Shown here: one piece after another, positions 9,521 to 17,986 of the stretch
Numbering within the stretch: position 1 is the first letter of the stretch
Layout of the letters: each line of letters begins with the position of its first letter
DNA from: Verrucomicrobiota bacterium
GTDB taxonomy: Bacteria > Verrucomicrobiota > Verrucomicrobiia > Opitutales > Opitutaceae
Assembly (NCBI GenBank): GCA_023416735.1
Contig: JAEZGX010000009.1
Location: 40,788 to 104,787 of the forward strand
Reading direction: 5' to 3'
Length of the DNA: 64,000 bases
Position numbers and translations under genes: made by a program
The notes under the pieces: model-generated
What the model was told of the DNA's origin: nothing
Databases searched by the model: none
The model's input: only the letters and a program-made list of their open reading frames with translations

Positions 9521-11092
9521 TTACTTTCGGCCGAGCGTGAAGAGCGTCAGGCCGGCGGTTTTCTCGGCGGGCAGCTTTCGGCGCCAGAGTGCGGGGAGAT
9601 AGCCAAACACGAGCATCGCGACCTCTCCTGGAATTGAAACGAACAAGAAGCTCATCGGACGGTCGGTGCCGCGGCTTTCGATGTAGAAGTAGATGGTCAC
9701 GAAGGTCACGACCGTCGCGGCAACGAAAGCGCGAAGGATGTCCCCGCCGGTGACGCGGCAGGACGTGACGCCGATGAGGAAAATCATGGCGAGCAGGCCC
9801 TGGAACGAGATCCAGAAAACCTGAGTCTCGATGAAGGAACTGGCCACGCTTTCCGAGGTGACGGCCATGAAGAGCGCGATCCCCATCGAGAGGGCGGCGA
9901 TGATCAGAATGAGCACGCGACTGAGCCGGAGTTGCTGTTGGTCAGTGGCCTTGGGGTTGATGAATACGCCGTAGACATCCTTGACCAACACAGTCGCCAA
10001 GCTGTGAAACCCAGCGTCGAGAGTCGACATGATGAGGCCAAGGCACGCCGCAATGAACAGCCCCGGAACGAAGGGAGGCAGTTCCGTGGTGACGAAGCGG
10101 AACAAAGCGGTGTCGCCGCGGAGCTCCGTTCCCTCGACCGGATTCTGCCCGTAGAAAGCGAAGATCCCGAGCCCGATGAACCAGAGCAGGAAGAGCGTGG
10201 GCAGGGTGAGAATCTGGCTGAACCAGTAGGAGCGTTCCGCGGATTTGTAGGTCGAGGTGCTAAGCAGACGTTGGATTGCGAGCTGATCGGAGCTCGCGTA
10301 AAACATTCGATCGCTGACGGTGACGAACAGCATGAGCCACAGATTGAGGCGGACGAAGGCATCGAAATCGTAGAACGACGGCTCGCGCAGCACCTCGAAA
10401 CCTCGCCCGTGTTCAATGGCGTATTCGACGATTCCGCCAAAGCCCCCGTCGATTCGCGAGATGCAGACGACGATGATGAAAAGCAGCCCCCCGACGAGGA
10501 GGATGAACTGAACGAAGTCGGCCCAAATGAGCGCCTTGGCGCCGCCGAGATAGACGTAAATCAAGCCGATGATACCGATCACGAGAATCGACAGCTCAAG
10601 CGGCCAGTTTGCGACTCCGCGCAGCACGAGGGCGGACGAGTAGAGAACGAGCGCGAGGTAGAAGAGCCGGATGATGACGTAGAACACGCTGCCGAGCGCC
10701 CGCACCCGAATATCGAAACGCTCCTGCAGGTAAGTGAAAGGGGTGAAGACGCGACTGCGAAAGAAGAAGCGAATGAACAGGTAGAAGATCGCGATGCCGA
10801 CGAACGGCGCGAGGAGGTAGCGGAGGGCGAGACCAAGCCCATGGTTGAACGCCTCGCCCGGGACAGCGACGAGCGAGTTCGTGCTGAGCAACGTCATCAC
10901 GTAGGCGATGCCGATGAGCCACCAGGACATCCCACGGTTGCCGAGGAGATACTCCTCCGTGGTGCCGTGAGTCTCACGCCATTTGAACCAAAAGCCGATG
11001 GCGAGCATCGCCACCAGATAAACGATGACGACAAGCGAGTCCTGCCATGCCAGCGCAAGGGGTGGAGGGGGTGTCAGGAAGGCGGACATCAT
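9521..11092 (-). CDS. sodium:solute symporter (SSS) family transporter
   Basis: 523 aa and highly hydrophobic, with many predicted TM helices and SSS-like composition. Its start overlaps the stop of the upstream lyase gene (ATGA at 11089-11092). Confidence 0.85.
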   Translation of the reverse strand: MMSAFLTPPPPLALAWQDSLVVIVYLVAMLAIGFWFKWRETHGTTEEYLLGNRGMSWWLIGIAYVMTLLSTNSLVAVPGEAFNHGLGLALRYLLAPFVGIAIFYLFIRFFFRSRVFTPFTYLQERFDIRVRALGSVFYVIIRLFYLALVLYSSALVLRGVANWPLELSILVIGIIGLIYVYLGGAKALIWADFVQFILLVGGLLFIIVVCISRIDGGFGGIVEYAIEHGRGFEVLREPSFYDFDAFVRLNLWLMLFVTVSDRMFYASSDQLAIQRLLSTSTYKSAERSYWFSQILTLPTLFLLWFIGLGIFAFYGQNPVEGTELRGDTALFRFVTTELPPFVPGLFIAACLGLIMSTLDAGFHSLATVLVKDVYGVFINPKATDQQQLRLSRVLILIIAALSMGIALFMAVTSESVASSFIETQVFWISFQGLLAMIFLIGVTSCRVTGGDILRAFVAATVVTFVTIYFYIESRGTDRPMSFLFVSIPGEVAMLVFGYLPALWRRKLPAEKTAGLTLFTLGRK

Positions 11093-12006
11093 GGCAGCCG
11101 GCAGCAGTAGTCAAAGAAACCGACGGCCTCCAACTCGGCGCGAAGCCCCTCGAGTCGATCAGGGGCAACGCTTCGCAGCGGCAGACGCATCGGACCGCAG
11201 TCAACACCGATGAGCTTCATGGCAGCCTTGCCCGCGGCCAGACCGCCGTGGCGGTGAAGCACGTCGATGAACTGTTGGGCGCGCCTTTGCTCGATGCGGG
11301 CGGTGGCAAGATCGCCGGAGTCGAACGCCCGGATAAGACGTTGAAAGAGGGGAGCGGCGAAGTTGTAGGTGCTGCCGACGGCGCCGTCCGCGCCGAGACT
11401 CAATCCTGCCAGGAGGATCTCGTCCCGACCGAACAGCATTGAATAACGCCCGCCGGCGGTGGTGCCGGCGACACCGTAGTCCATGAGGTTCTCGTGTGTG
11501 AATTTCACGCCGGCGAGAGTTGGGATGCGTCCGTTGGCGGTGGCGAGAAATTCGGCGACGGAGATGTTCACGCCTGTCATCGCAGGCATGTGGTAATAAT
11601 AAAAAGGAAGACCCGGGGCGGCGGCGGCGACCCGCTCGCACCAAGCGACGAGCTCGGCGATTCCAGTGGGCTTGAAGAAGCTGGGAGCGATGGTGGCGAT
11701 GGCGTCGGCGCCGATCTGAGCGGCGTGAGCGGCGAGCTGACAGCTCTCATGCAGGCAAAGGTGCCCGACATGAACGACCAGTTTGACGGAATCCGGGATC
11801 GAATCGCGCCACGTGTTGACGACTTGGAGGCGCTCCGCGGTAGTGAGGCTGTGTCCCTCACCCGTGGTGCCGCAGACGAACGCGCCGTTTACGCCATTGT
11901 GCGCGAGGAGGGCGGCCTGTTGGGGAATGACCCCGAGTGCGAGTTCGCCATCGGGGCGAAATGGAGTGAAGGGGGCGGCGATCAGGCCGTGCAGATTCGG
12001 TTTCAA
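11089..12006 (-). CDS. nanA: N-acetylneuraminate lyase-like class I aldolase (DapA/NanA family)
   Basis: It has GTTGE, the Schiff-base lysine context (LAGVKFT), and GADGAVGSTYNF, which aligns with E. coli NanA GADGGIGSTYNI. I prefer the TTG start at 12006 because (M)KPNLHGLIAAPFTPF aligns with the E. coli NanA N-terminus MATNLRGVMAALLTPF. The track start at 12078 is also a TTG. Confidence 0.8.
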   Translation of the reverse strand: MKPNLHGLIAAPFTPFRPDGELALGVIPQQAALLAHNGVNGAFVCGTTGEGHSLTTAERLQVVNTWRDSIPDSVKLVVHVGHLCLHESCQLAAHAAQIGADAIATIAPSFFKPTGIAELVAWCERVAAAAPGLPFYYYHMPAMTGVNISVAEFLATANGRIPTLAGVKFTHENLMDYGVAGTTAGGRYSMLFGRDEILLAGLSLGADGAVGSTYNFAAPLFQRLIRAFDSGDLATARIEQRRAQQFIDVLHRHGGLAAGKAAMKLIGVDCGPMRLPLRSVAPDRLEGLRAELEAVGFFDYCCRLP

Positions 12007-12259
12007 AGGAAAGCGGAGGTAAGCGCGCGAAAGCGCGGGATGGGATGGAGCGTGACCGAAAGCCCGATTCAGGAACAAGCGACAGGCGGTGGTTCAATTT
12101 CAATACCTTTGCTGACTGTTGGACGACACGCTGCCGGGCAGGACCAGCGCCTAGTGCGGTATCGCACGTCGGCATGTGGAACGGATGCGGGCGAGCATTG
12201 ACCAAGGCGGCGACGTGAGAACCTCGGACGAAACAGCGGAAAAGCGGCGGCGATTTTCG

Positions 12260-12853
12260 ATGATCCGGTCGTTCGTGCTGGCGGACGTGCTGACGCTGGG
12301 GAACGGCTTTTGCGGAAGCGGAGCGGTGTTGGCGTCGATGCAGTATCTGATTTCTGGAGACGAACGCTGGCTGGTGACGGCGATGGCGCTGCTGCCCATT
12401 GCGTTGGTGTTCGATTTCGCGGATGGGCGCGTGGCGCGCTGGCGGCGGAAATCGTCGATGTTGGGGGCCGACCTGGACTCCCTGGCGGACGTAATTTCGT
12501 TCGGGCTGGCACCGGCCGCGTTGGGATTCGCGGCGGGGTTGAGAGGTGCGCTCGATGTCGCGGTGCTGTTGTATTTCGTCGCGTGCGGGATCAGTCGATT
12601 GGCGCGATTCAACGCGACGGCGGCCGTGCTCGCGGACGAAAGCGGGAAGGTGAAATACTTCGAAGGAACGCCGATTCCCTCGAGCGTGTTGATCGTCGTC
12701 CTGCTGGCGGTGTTGCACTTTGCCGGAAGGCTGGGTGCCGATATGTGGCTCGGCGCGTGGGACGTCGGCGGACTGGTGTTGCACCCGCTCGCGCTGGTTT
12801 ATGCGGCGAGCGGAAGCGCGATGATCAGCACGATGCGCGTGCCGAAAATCTGA
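12260..12853 (+). CDS. pssA: CDP-alcohol phosphatidyltransferase (phosphatidylserine synthase-like)
   Basis: The CDP-alcohol phosphatidyltransferase motif DGx2ARx8Gx3Dx3D is present as DFADGRVARWRRKSSMLGADLDSLAD. The protein is a multi-TM type. I prefer the internal ATG at 12260 over the GTG at 12176. Confidence 0.75.
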   Translation: MIRSFVLADVLTLGNGFCGSGAVLASMQYLISGDERWLVTAMALLPIALVFDFADGRVARWRRKSSMLGADLDSLADVISFGLAPAALGFAAGLRGALDVAVLLYFVACGISRLARFNATAAVLADESGKVKYFEGTPIPSSVLIVVLLAVLHFAGRLGADMWLGAWDVGGLVLHPLALVYAASGSAMISTMRVPKI

Positions 12854-12893
12854 AGTGAGTTCGAGGTCGGGGCGTAAAGCTCCGTCTCAGCTG

Positions 12894-13742
12894 TTACGGT
12901 TTGACCGTGATTTGGATCGGCAACGCGGTGCCGGTGGTGGTCGACGGAAGCACGTCCACATCGACGGCGGCCTTGAAATCGCCGTTGAAATCGAGGCTTT
13001 GCTTCAGCGTGAGCGGTTGGGCGGGTTGGCCGGGTTTTTCCAGGCTGAGGCGAAGCGTGTAGCGGCCGAGCGGGATGTCGGACGGATACCAGTAGCTCGT
13101 GCTGGGAACCGAAGGGCCGAAGGTGCGGCGAAATGTGATCGGTTGCGCGGGGCGGCCGTCGAGCAATGGGCCGCGTGGAGTGAGTTCAGCGATCAGCGTG
13201 GAACCCTCGGCGAACGGCGGCCTGGGGGTCGACGCGTCCTCATGGGCCGAAATCTGGAGCGAGCCGCCATAGTATTTCCCGGGCTCGTTATGCGTGCCGG
13301 GTTCGCCGGGAGTAGAGCCCGGGCGCAGACCGGAAATGAGCCACACGAAATCCTTGCCGATACCTTCTTCGGAGTCGTGCTGCCGGGCGGTGACGCCGTC
13401 GATCGGATGAAGGGCGAGCGTGTAGCTGGTTTCGCCTTCGAGCACGTATTCGGCGCGCACACCGTAGATGCCTTCGGGCACGCGCTGGCTGAACCGGCCG
13501 TCGGCGCCGGTGGGGCGTTCGAAGCGGGTGTTAGCGCCGGCCATGGTGGTGCCGTAAATGTGAATCATTACGCCGGCGAGCGGTTCGCCGGCGCTGTCGG
13601 TGACGCGGCCCTGCACGTAGCCGGATTTCGCCTTGGTCGGAGGAAGCGCCGCGACCGCCGGAGGGAGAACGGTTTTGGCGGCGAACGCGGGCACGGTGAA
13701 AGCAAAGAGAACGATGAAGCGAAGGAAGAGCTGGAGTGGCAT
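12894..13742 (-). CDS. secreted hypothetical protein with a carboxypeptidase-regulatory-like (CarboxypepD_reg) domain
   Basis: A signal peptide (MPLQLFLRFIVLFAFTVPAFA) begins at the ATG at 13742. The motif GYVQGRVTDSAGEPLAGVMIHIYG is typical of the Ig-like carboxypeptidase regulatory fold. Confidence 0.5.
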   Translation of the reverse strand: MPLQLFLRFIVLFAFTVPAFAAKTVLPPAVAALPPTKAKSGYVQGRVTDSAGEPLAGVMIHIYGTTMAGANTRFERPTGADGRFSQRVPEGIYGVRAEYVLEGETSYTLALHPIDGVTARQHDSEEGIGKDFVWLISGLRPGSTPGEPGTHNEPGKYYGGSLQISAHEDASTPRPPFAEGSTLIAELTPRGPLLDGRPAQPITFRRTFGPSVPSTSYWYPSDIPLGRYTLRLSLEKPGQPAQPLTLKQSLDFNGDFKAAVDVDVLPSTTTGTALPIQITVKP

Positions 13743-13831
13743 GTCGCTGCAGACTGGTAACGGCCGGATCGCGCGCAATCCGAGAACAACGCGCGTAATC
13801 GAAAATCGGTGACGGTGGGCAAGGTCGATTC

Positions 13832-14527
13832 ATGGACCTTTGCGACTGCGGAGTCGCTTGCGATCGGGGTTGGCGAAGTTCTCTTGGGCGAGTGGTTCGC
13901 GGGATAATCTTCGATTTGGACAATTGCCTGGCGGCGGCGGACGAGCCGGGAGCGGCGTTGTATGATGCGGCCTTTGCGGCGATGCGGGCGGAGAATCGTG
14001 GTCGGTTGTCGGAGCGCGAACTGGAAGCGGCCTTCGCGGATATGTGGCGGCATCCGCTGGATTGGGTGGCGGAGCGGCACGGCTTTAGTCCGGAGATGCG
14101 GACCGCGGGATGGAAGGAGTTTCTAAAGACTGAGGTGACAGCACCGATGCGCGGCTATGGAGATCTGGAGGAGCTGAGCCGACTAAACGTGAAAAAGTTT
14201 TTGGTGACCTCCGGATTTCGCCGATTGCAGGAAAGCAAGATCCGCGCGCTGGGGCTTAATCGTTGGATGGACGAATGCCATGTCGACGCGATCGACGAGT
14301 CGGATCGGCGATTCAAGCGGGGCTGGTTTGAAGATATCGTTGGACGTTACGGGTTGAGGACGGACGAAGTGGCGGTGGTGGGAGACAGTCCTGCGTCGGA
14401 GTTAGCCGCGGGTCGCGAGCTCGGCATGCGAACGGTTCAGATCCTGCGTAAAGGCGTGGAGCGAACGGCGAACGTGGATGCGCACGTGCGGACTTTGGGC
14501 GAGTTGCGCGGGGTGTTGGACCTTTGA
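13832..14527 (+). CDS. HAD-superfamily hydrolase
   Basis: HAD motif I is present (IIFDLDNCL) along with a later GD..(S/A)..E acidic motif (VVGDSPASELAAG). The true start may be the GTG at 13892. Confidence 0.7.
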   Translation: MDLCDCGVACDRGWRSSLGRVVRGIIFDLDNCLAAADEPGAALYDAAFAAMRAENRGRLSERELEAAFADMWRHPLDWVAERHGFSPEMRTAGWKEFLKTEVTAPMRGYGDLEELSRLNVKKFLVTSGFRRLQESKIRALGLNRWMDECHVDAIDESDRRFKRGWFEDIVGRYGLRTDEVAVVGDSPASELAAGRELGMRTVQILRKGVERTANVDAHVRTLGELRGVLDL

Positions 14528-14668
14528 GTCGGAGCGGGTATCGGCGCTTCCCCGATGAAGGCGGACGTTGGGACTCCGGGGCGCGCTGAGGGAATGGGTC
14601 ATCCGAACCTGTTGCTAATGTGGGAGTCCGTCGAGGTTCCCAAACGGAAAACTCAACCCTCGACTAAC

Positions 14669-15184
14669 ATGTCTAAAATCAAATCCCCCCGTGACCTCTT
14701 GGTCCATGAGCTCAAAGATCTTTACAGCGCTGAGAATCAGCTGACCAAAGCGCTCCCGCGAATGGCCAAGGCGGCGAGCAGCGACGAGCTGAAGCAGGCG
14801 TTTCAAAATCACCTCGAGCAAACGCAGGAGCAGATCGCGCGACTCGAGAAGATCGGCAAGCAGCTCGGCGAGTCAATGAAAGGAAAGAAGTGCAAGGCGA
14901 TGGAAGGCCTGATCGCCGAAGGCAAAGAGACGATGGAGGAAGACGCGGAGCCGGTGATGCTGGACCTGGCGTTGATTGGTGCGGCGCAGAAAGTGGAGCA
15001 CTACGAAATCGCTGGTTACGGCACCGCGCGGACGCTCGCGGAAATCGCAGGCGAGGACGATATCGCCGAAATTCTCCAGGAGACGCTCGATGAGGAAGGC
15101 GAGACCGACAAGCTGCTCACTGAGATTGCGATGGAGCTGAACGTCGAAGCCGCAGGCGAAGACGAGGAAGAGGAAGAAGACTGA
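14669..15184 (+). CDS. ferritin-like DUF892 (YciE/YciF family) protein
   Basis: LVHELKDLYSAENQLTKALPRMAKAASSDELKQAFQNHLEQTQEQIARLEKI is a classic YciE/YciF signature. I chose the ATG at 14669. The protein has an acidic poly-Glu tail. Confidence 0.8.
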   Translation: MSKIKSPRDLLVHELKDLYSAENQLTKALPRMAKAASSDELKQAFQNHLEQTQEQIARLEKIGKQLGESMKGKKCKAMEGLIAEGKETMEEDAEPVMLDLALIGAAQKVEHYEIAGYGTARTLAEIAGEDDIAEILQETLDEEGETDKLLTEIAMELNVEAAGEDEEEEED

Positions 15185-15226
15185 TCGTCTCGAACGAATT
15201 TGGACCTGGATCAGACGAGCGCTCGC

Positions 15227-15260
15227 CGAAAGGCGGGCGCTTTTCGTTTTTGCGTGTTGC
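15227..15260 (+). terminator. rho-independent terminator after the DUF892 gene
   Basis: Hairpin AGCGCTCGCC-GAAA-GGCGGGCGCT (one mismatch) is followed by TTTCGTTTTT. Confidence 0.7.
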
Positions 15261-15284
15261 CGCGCGGCCACGAAGATCCGGGGC

Positions 15285-16463
15285 GTGACTCTGCCCAACA
15301 TCGTGCATCTCGACGCGGACGCGTTTTTCGTGTCGTGCGAGCTGGCGTTGAAACCGGAGTTACGCGGAACGAAATGCGCGGTGGGCGGCCGCCAACGGGG
15401 AATCATTTCGTCGGCGAGCTACGAGGCGCGGGCGTGTGGCGTTTATACGCCAATGCCGACGGTGAGTGCGCTGCGGGTTTGTCCGGATTTGATCATGCTT
15501 CCGCACACGACGGGGCTCTACAGCCGGATGTCGCGCGAGATGTTCGAGCTGTGCGAGACGCTGACGCCAATCGTGCAGCGCAATTCGATCGATGAAGGTT
15601 ATCTCGACGTGACCCCCTGCGGATTCGGCTCGGTGGCGGAAATCGAGCGGGCGGTGCGAGGATTGCAGCAGAAGATCTGGGCGAAGTTGCAGGTCACGGT
15701 TTCGTTTGGCATGGCCACGAACAAACTCGTGGCGCAAATCGCGTCGAAGCTGCGCAAGCCGAAGGGATTCGTCACGGTGTTGCCGGGAACGGAGGCGGAG
15801 TTTCTCGAGCCGCTGCCCATCGGAAAGCTGCCGGGCGTCGGGCCGAAGACGGAAGAAGCGCTCGTGCGGCGGCACGGCATCAAGCTCGTGCGGGATGTGT
15901 TGGCGAAGAGCGAAGGTGAGCTGCAGGCGATTTTTGGCCACGGCTGGCGGGAGATGGTGGATTGCGCGCGCGGCATCGACGACCGCCCGGTAGAAACGGA
16001 GCCCGAGGATGCGAAGAGTTACTCGCAGCAGGAAACGTTTGGAGAGAACATCGGCGAATTCGCGGAGATCGAGCGCGTGGTGAAGCGGATGATCGATGAG
16101 TTGCTGCCGAAGATTCGCGAGGATGGCAAACGCGTGAAAACGATGACCGTGAAAGTGCGGTATCCAGATTTTACGCACGAGTCCCATGGACGAAGCCTGG
16201 CGACGGCGTCGGATATCGAGGCGCCGTTTTATCCGCTGGTGGAGCCGTTGCTGCGGACCGCATGGAGAAAGAAGCGCCCCCTGCGGCTGGTGAGCGTGCG
16301 ATTTTCGGGGGTCGAGGACGGGCCGGCGCAGCTGGAGATGTTTGCGCAAACCGACGAGAAACGCCGTCGGCTGGCGAGCGTGTTGGACCAGTTGAACGTG
16401 GGAGGGAAACTGGCCGTGGTGCAGCACGGACACCAACTTGCCAAGCGCCGGACGACCCGCTAA
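15285..16463 (+). CDS. dinB: DNA polymerase IV (Y-family)
   Basis: The N-terminus IVHLDADAFFVSCE and the motifs SIDEGYLD and GVGPKT show a Y-family polymerase layout. The start is GTG. Confidence 0.9.
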   Translation: MTLPNIVHLDADAFFVSCELALKPELRGTKCAVGGRQRGIISSASYEARACGVYTPMPTVSALRVCPDLIMLPHTTGLYSRMSREMFELCETLTPIVQRNSIDEGYLDVTPCGFGSVAEIERAVRGLQQKIWAKLQVTVSFGMATNKLVAQIASKLRKPKGFVTVLPGTEAEFLEPLPIGKLPGVGPKTEEALVRRHGIKLVRDVLAKSEGELQAIFGHGWREMVDCARGIDDRPVETEPEDAKSYSQQETFGENIGEFAEIERVVKRMIDELLPKIREDGKRVKTMTVKVRYPDFTHESHGRSLATASDIEAPFYPLVEPLLRTAWRKKRPLRLVSVRFSGVEDGPAQLEMFAQTDEKRRRLASVLDQLNVGGKLAVVQHGHQLAKRRTTR

Positions 16464-16477
16464 CTCCCGGATTTCGT

Positions 16478-17050
16478 ATGCCGATCTACGAGTATTACTG
16501 TCCGGATAACCACACGATCTACCAGTTCTACGCGAAGACCCTCGCGCAAGGGCAAACGGTGCCGAAATGCCCGCACAACCCGAGTTTTCGGATGCAGAAA
16601 ATGATGTCTTCGTTTGCGGTGACGGGACGAGCGAAGGAGGCGCAGGCGGATGCGGGGGCGGGGCAGGAAGGAATGAGCGGCGATCCCGTCGACGATGCCC
16701 GCATGGAGGCGGCGATGAGCGCGATGGAGCGGGAGTTTTCGAACGTGGATGAAAACGATCCGCGCGCGATGGCGCGCATGATGCGCCGCATGGCGGAACT
16801 CACGGGTGAGAAGATCGACGGCGAGATGGAGGAAGTGGTGCGCAAGCTCGAGGAAGGGGCCGATCCGGAATCCTTGGAGGAGGAGATGGGCGGAGACGCG
16901 AGCGCCGGCATGGATGCAGATGATCCGTATGGCGAAGGGATGGGGATGGCGGGCGAAAAACCAGGCGCGGATCCGAAAGAGCCGAAGCACCGCTTTCGGG
17001 TGAAGCGTCGGGCGCCCACCAGGGATCCGAAGCTTTACGACTTCGAGTAG
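16478..17050 (+). CDS. FmdB-family zinc-ribbon-like protein with an acidic C-terminal region
   Basis: It starts MPIYEYYCPDNH...VPKCPHNP, an FmdB-like N-terminus with a degenerate first Cys pair. The ATG at 16478 lies just after the dinB stop. The upstream part of track ORF 16262.. overlaps dinB and is rejected. Confidence 0.6.
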   Translation: MPIYEYYCPDNHTIYQFYAKTLAQGQTVPKCPHNPSFRMQKMMSSFAVTGRAKEAQADAGAGQEGMSGDPVDDARMEAAMSAMEREFSNVDENDPRAMARMMRRMAELTGEKIDGEMEEVVRKLEEGADPESLEEEMGGDASAGMDADDPYGEGMGMAGEKPGADPKEPKHRFRVKRRAPTRDPKLYDFE

Positions 17051-17140
17051 GCTCCAGAGCGAAACGCTCACGCGTTCCGCTACGAAGAGACTATTTTCGG
17101 TTCGTCATTCGCGGGGAAAGGCGTCCATTCGCGGGCGGTT

Positions 17141-17962
17141 ATGTCGACATCGCCTGAATTGCTGATCCGAATTGAAGCTGCCAAACGCGCGGTGCTGGCG
17201 CAGACCGAACTTCTCCATCGGGAGTTCGGTCGGGCGAAGAGCATGTGGAAAACGGATGGCACGCGGGTGACGCCAGTCGATATCGCGATTTCAGACGCGA
17301 TTGTGAAGGAGCTGAGCGCGCAATTTCCGGACGACGACTATTTCAGCGAAGAGCTGACGCACGCCGAGGCGCCGATTCCGCTGCGCGGACGCTTCACGTG
17401 GGTGCTGGATCCGATTGATGGCACGAACAACTTTGCGATGGGCATCGCGCACTGCGCGATTTCGCTCGGACTCCTGGAACAAGGACGGCCGGTTTACGGA
17501 GTGGTCTATGATCTCGCGCGACGGTCGTTAATCCATGGCGGGCCGGGGTTGGGGCTGATGGATGGCCATCGGCCGGCGGCGGTGCAGAGCGGAGCGCCCG
17601 ATGGGCAGATGCTGTTGGGATTTCACAGCCCGCACGACAAGCAGTTCGTCGCGCATGCGTCGGTGCTCGTGGAGAATTTCAAGATCCGCGGGCTCGGCAG
17701 CAGCACGCTGCATCTGGCGTATGTGGCGGTCGGCATTCTGGGCGGGACGGTCGATCACAACGTGAAGATCTGGGACATCGCCGCAGCCGTGCCGTTGTGC
17801 CTGGCGGGCGGCGGGCGAGTGGAGTTTCTCAGCGCGGAGCAATTTCCGATGACGACCTTCGACCTGCGAATGAAACGGATCTTCTACATCGCGGGAAACG
17901 ACATCGTGTGCGCACGCCTGCGCAAACTGCTGGGCGCGCCGGAAAGACATCCCGGCGCGTAG
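17141..17962 (+). CDS. inositol monophosphatase family protein
   Basis: It carries the WVLDPIDGTNNF motif and the later WDIAA motif typical of IMPase/SuhB-like enzymes. Confidence 0.85.
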   Translation: MSTSPELLIRIEAAKRAVLAQTELLHREFGRAKSMWKTDGTRVTPVDIAISDAIVKELSAQFPDDDYFSEELTHAEAPIPLRGRFTWVLDPIDGTNNFAMGIAHCAISLGLLEQGRPVYGVVYDLARRSLIHGGPGLGLMDGHRPAAVQSGAPDGQMLLGFHSPHDKQFVAHASVLVENFKIRGLGSSTLHLAYVAVGILGGTVDHNVKIWDIAAAVPLCLAGGGRVEFLSAEQFPMTTFDLRMKRIFYIAGNDIVCARLRKLLGAPERHPGA

Positions 17963-17986
17963 TTAAATCCTGGAGACGCCGTCGCT

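Noticed and set aside
15185-15284. Search for an SOS (LexA) box upstream of dinB
   Set aside because: No TGTTC-N4-GAACA-type or CTGT-N8-ACAG-type palindrome is visible. The only feature is the terminator hairpin of the preceding gene.
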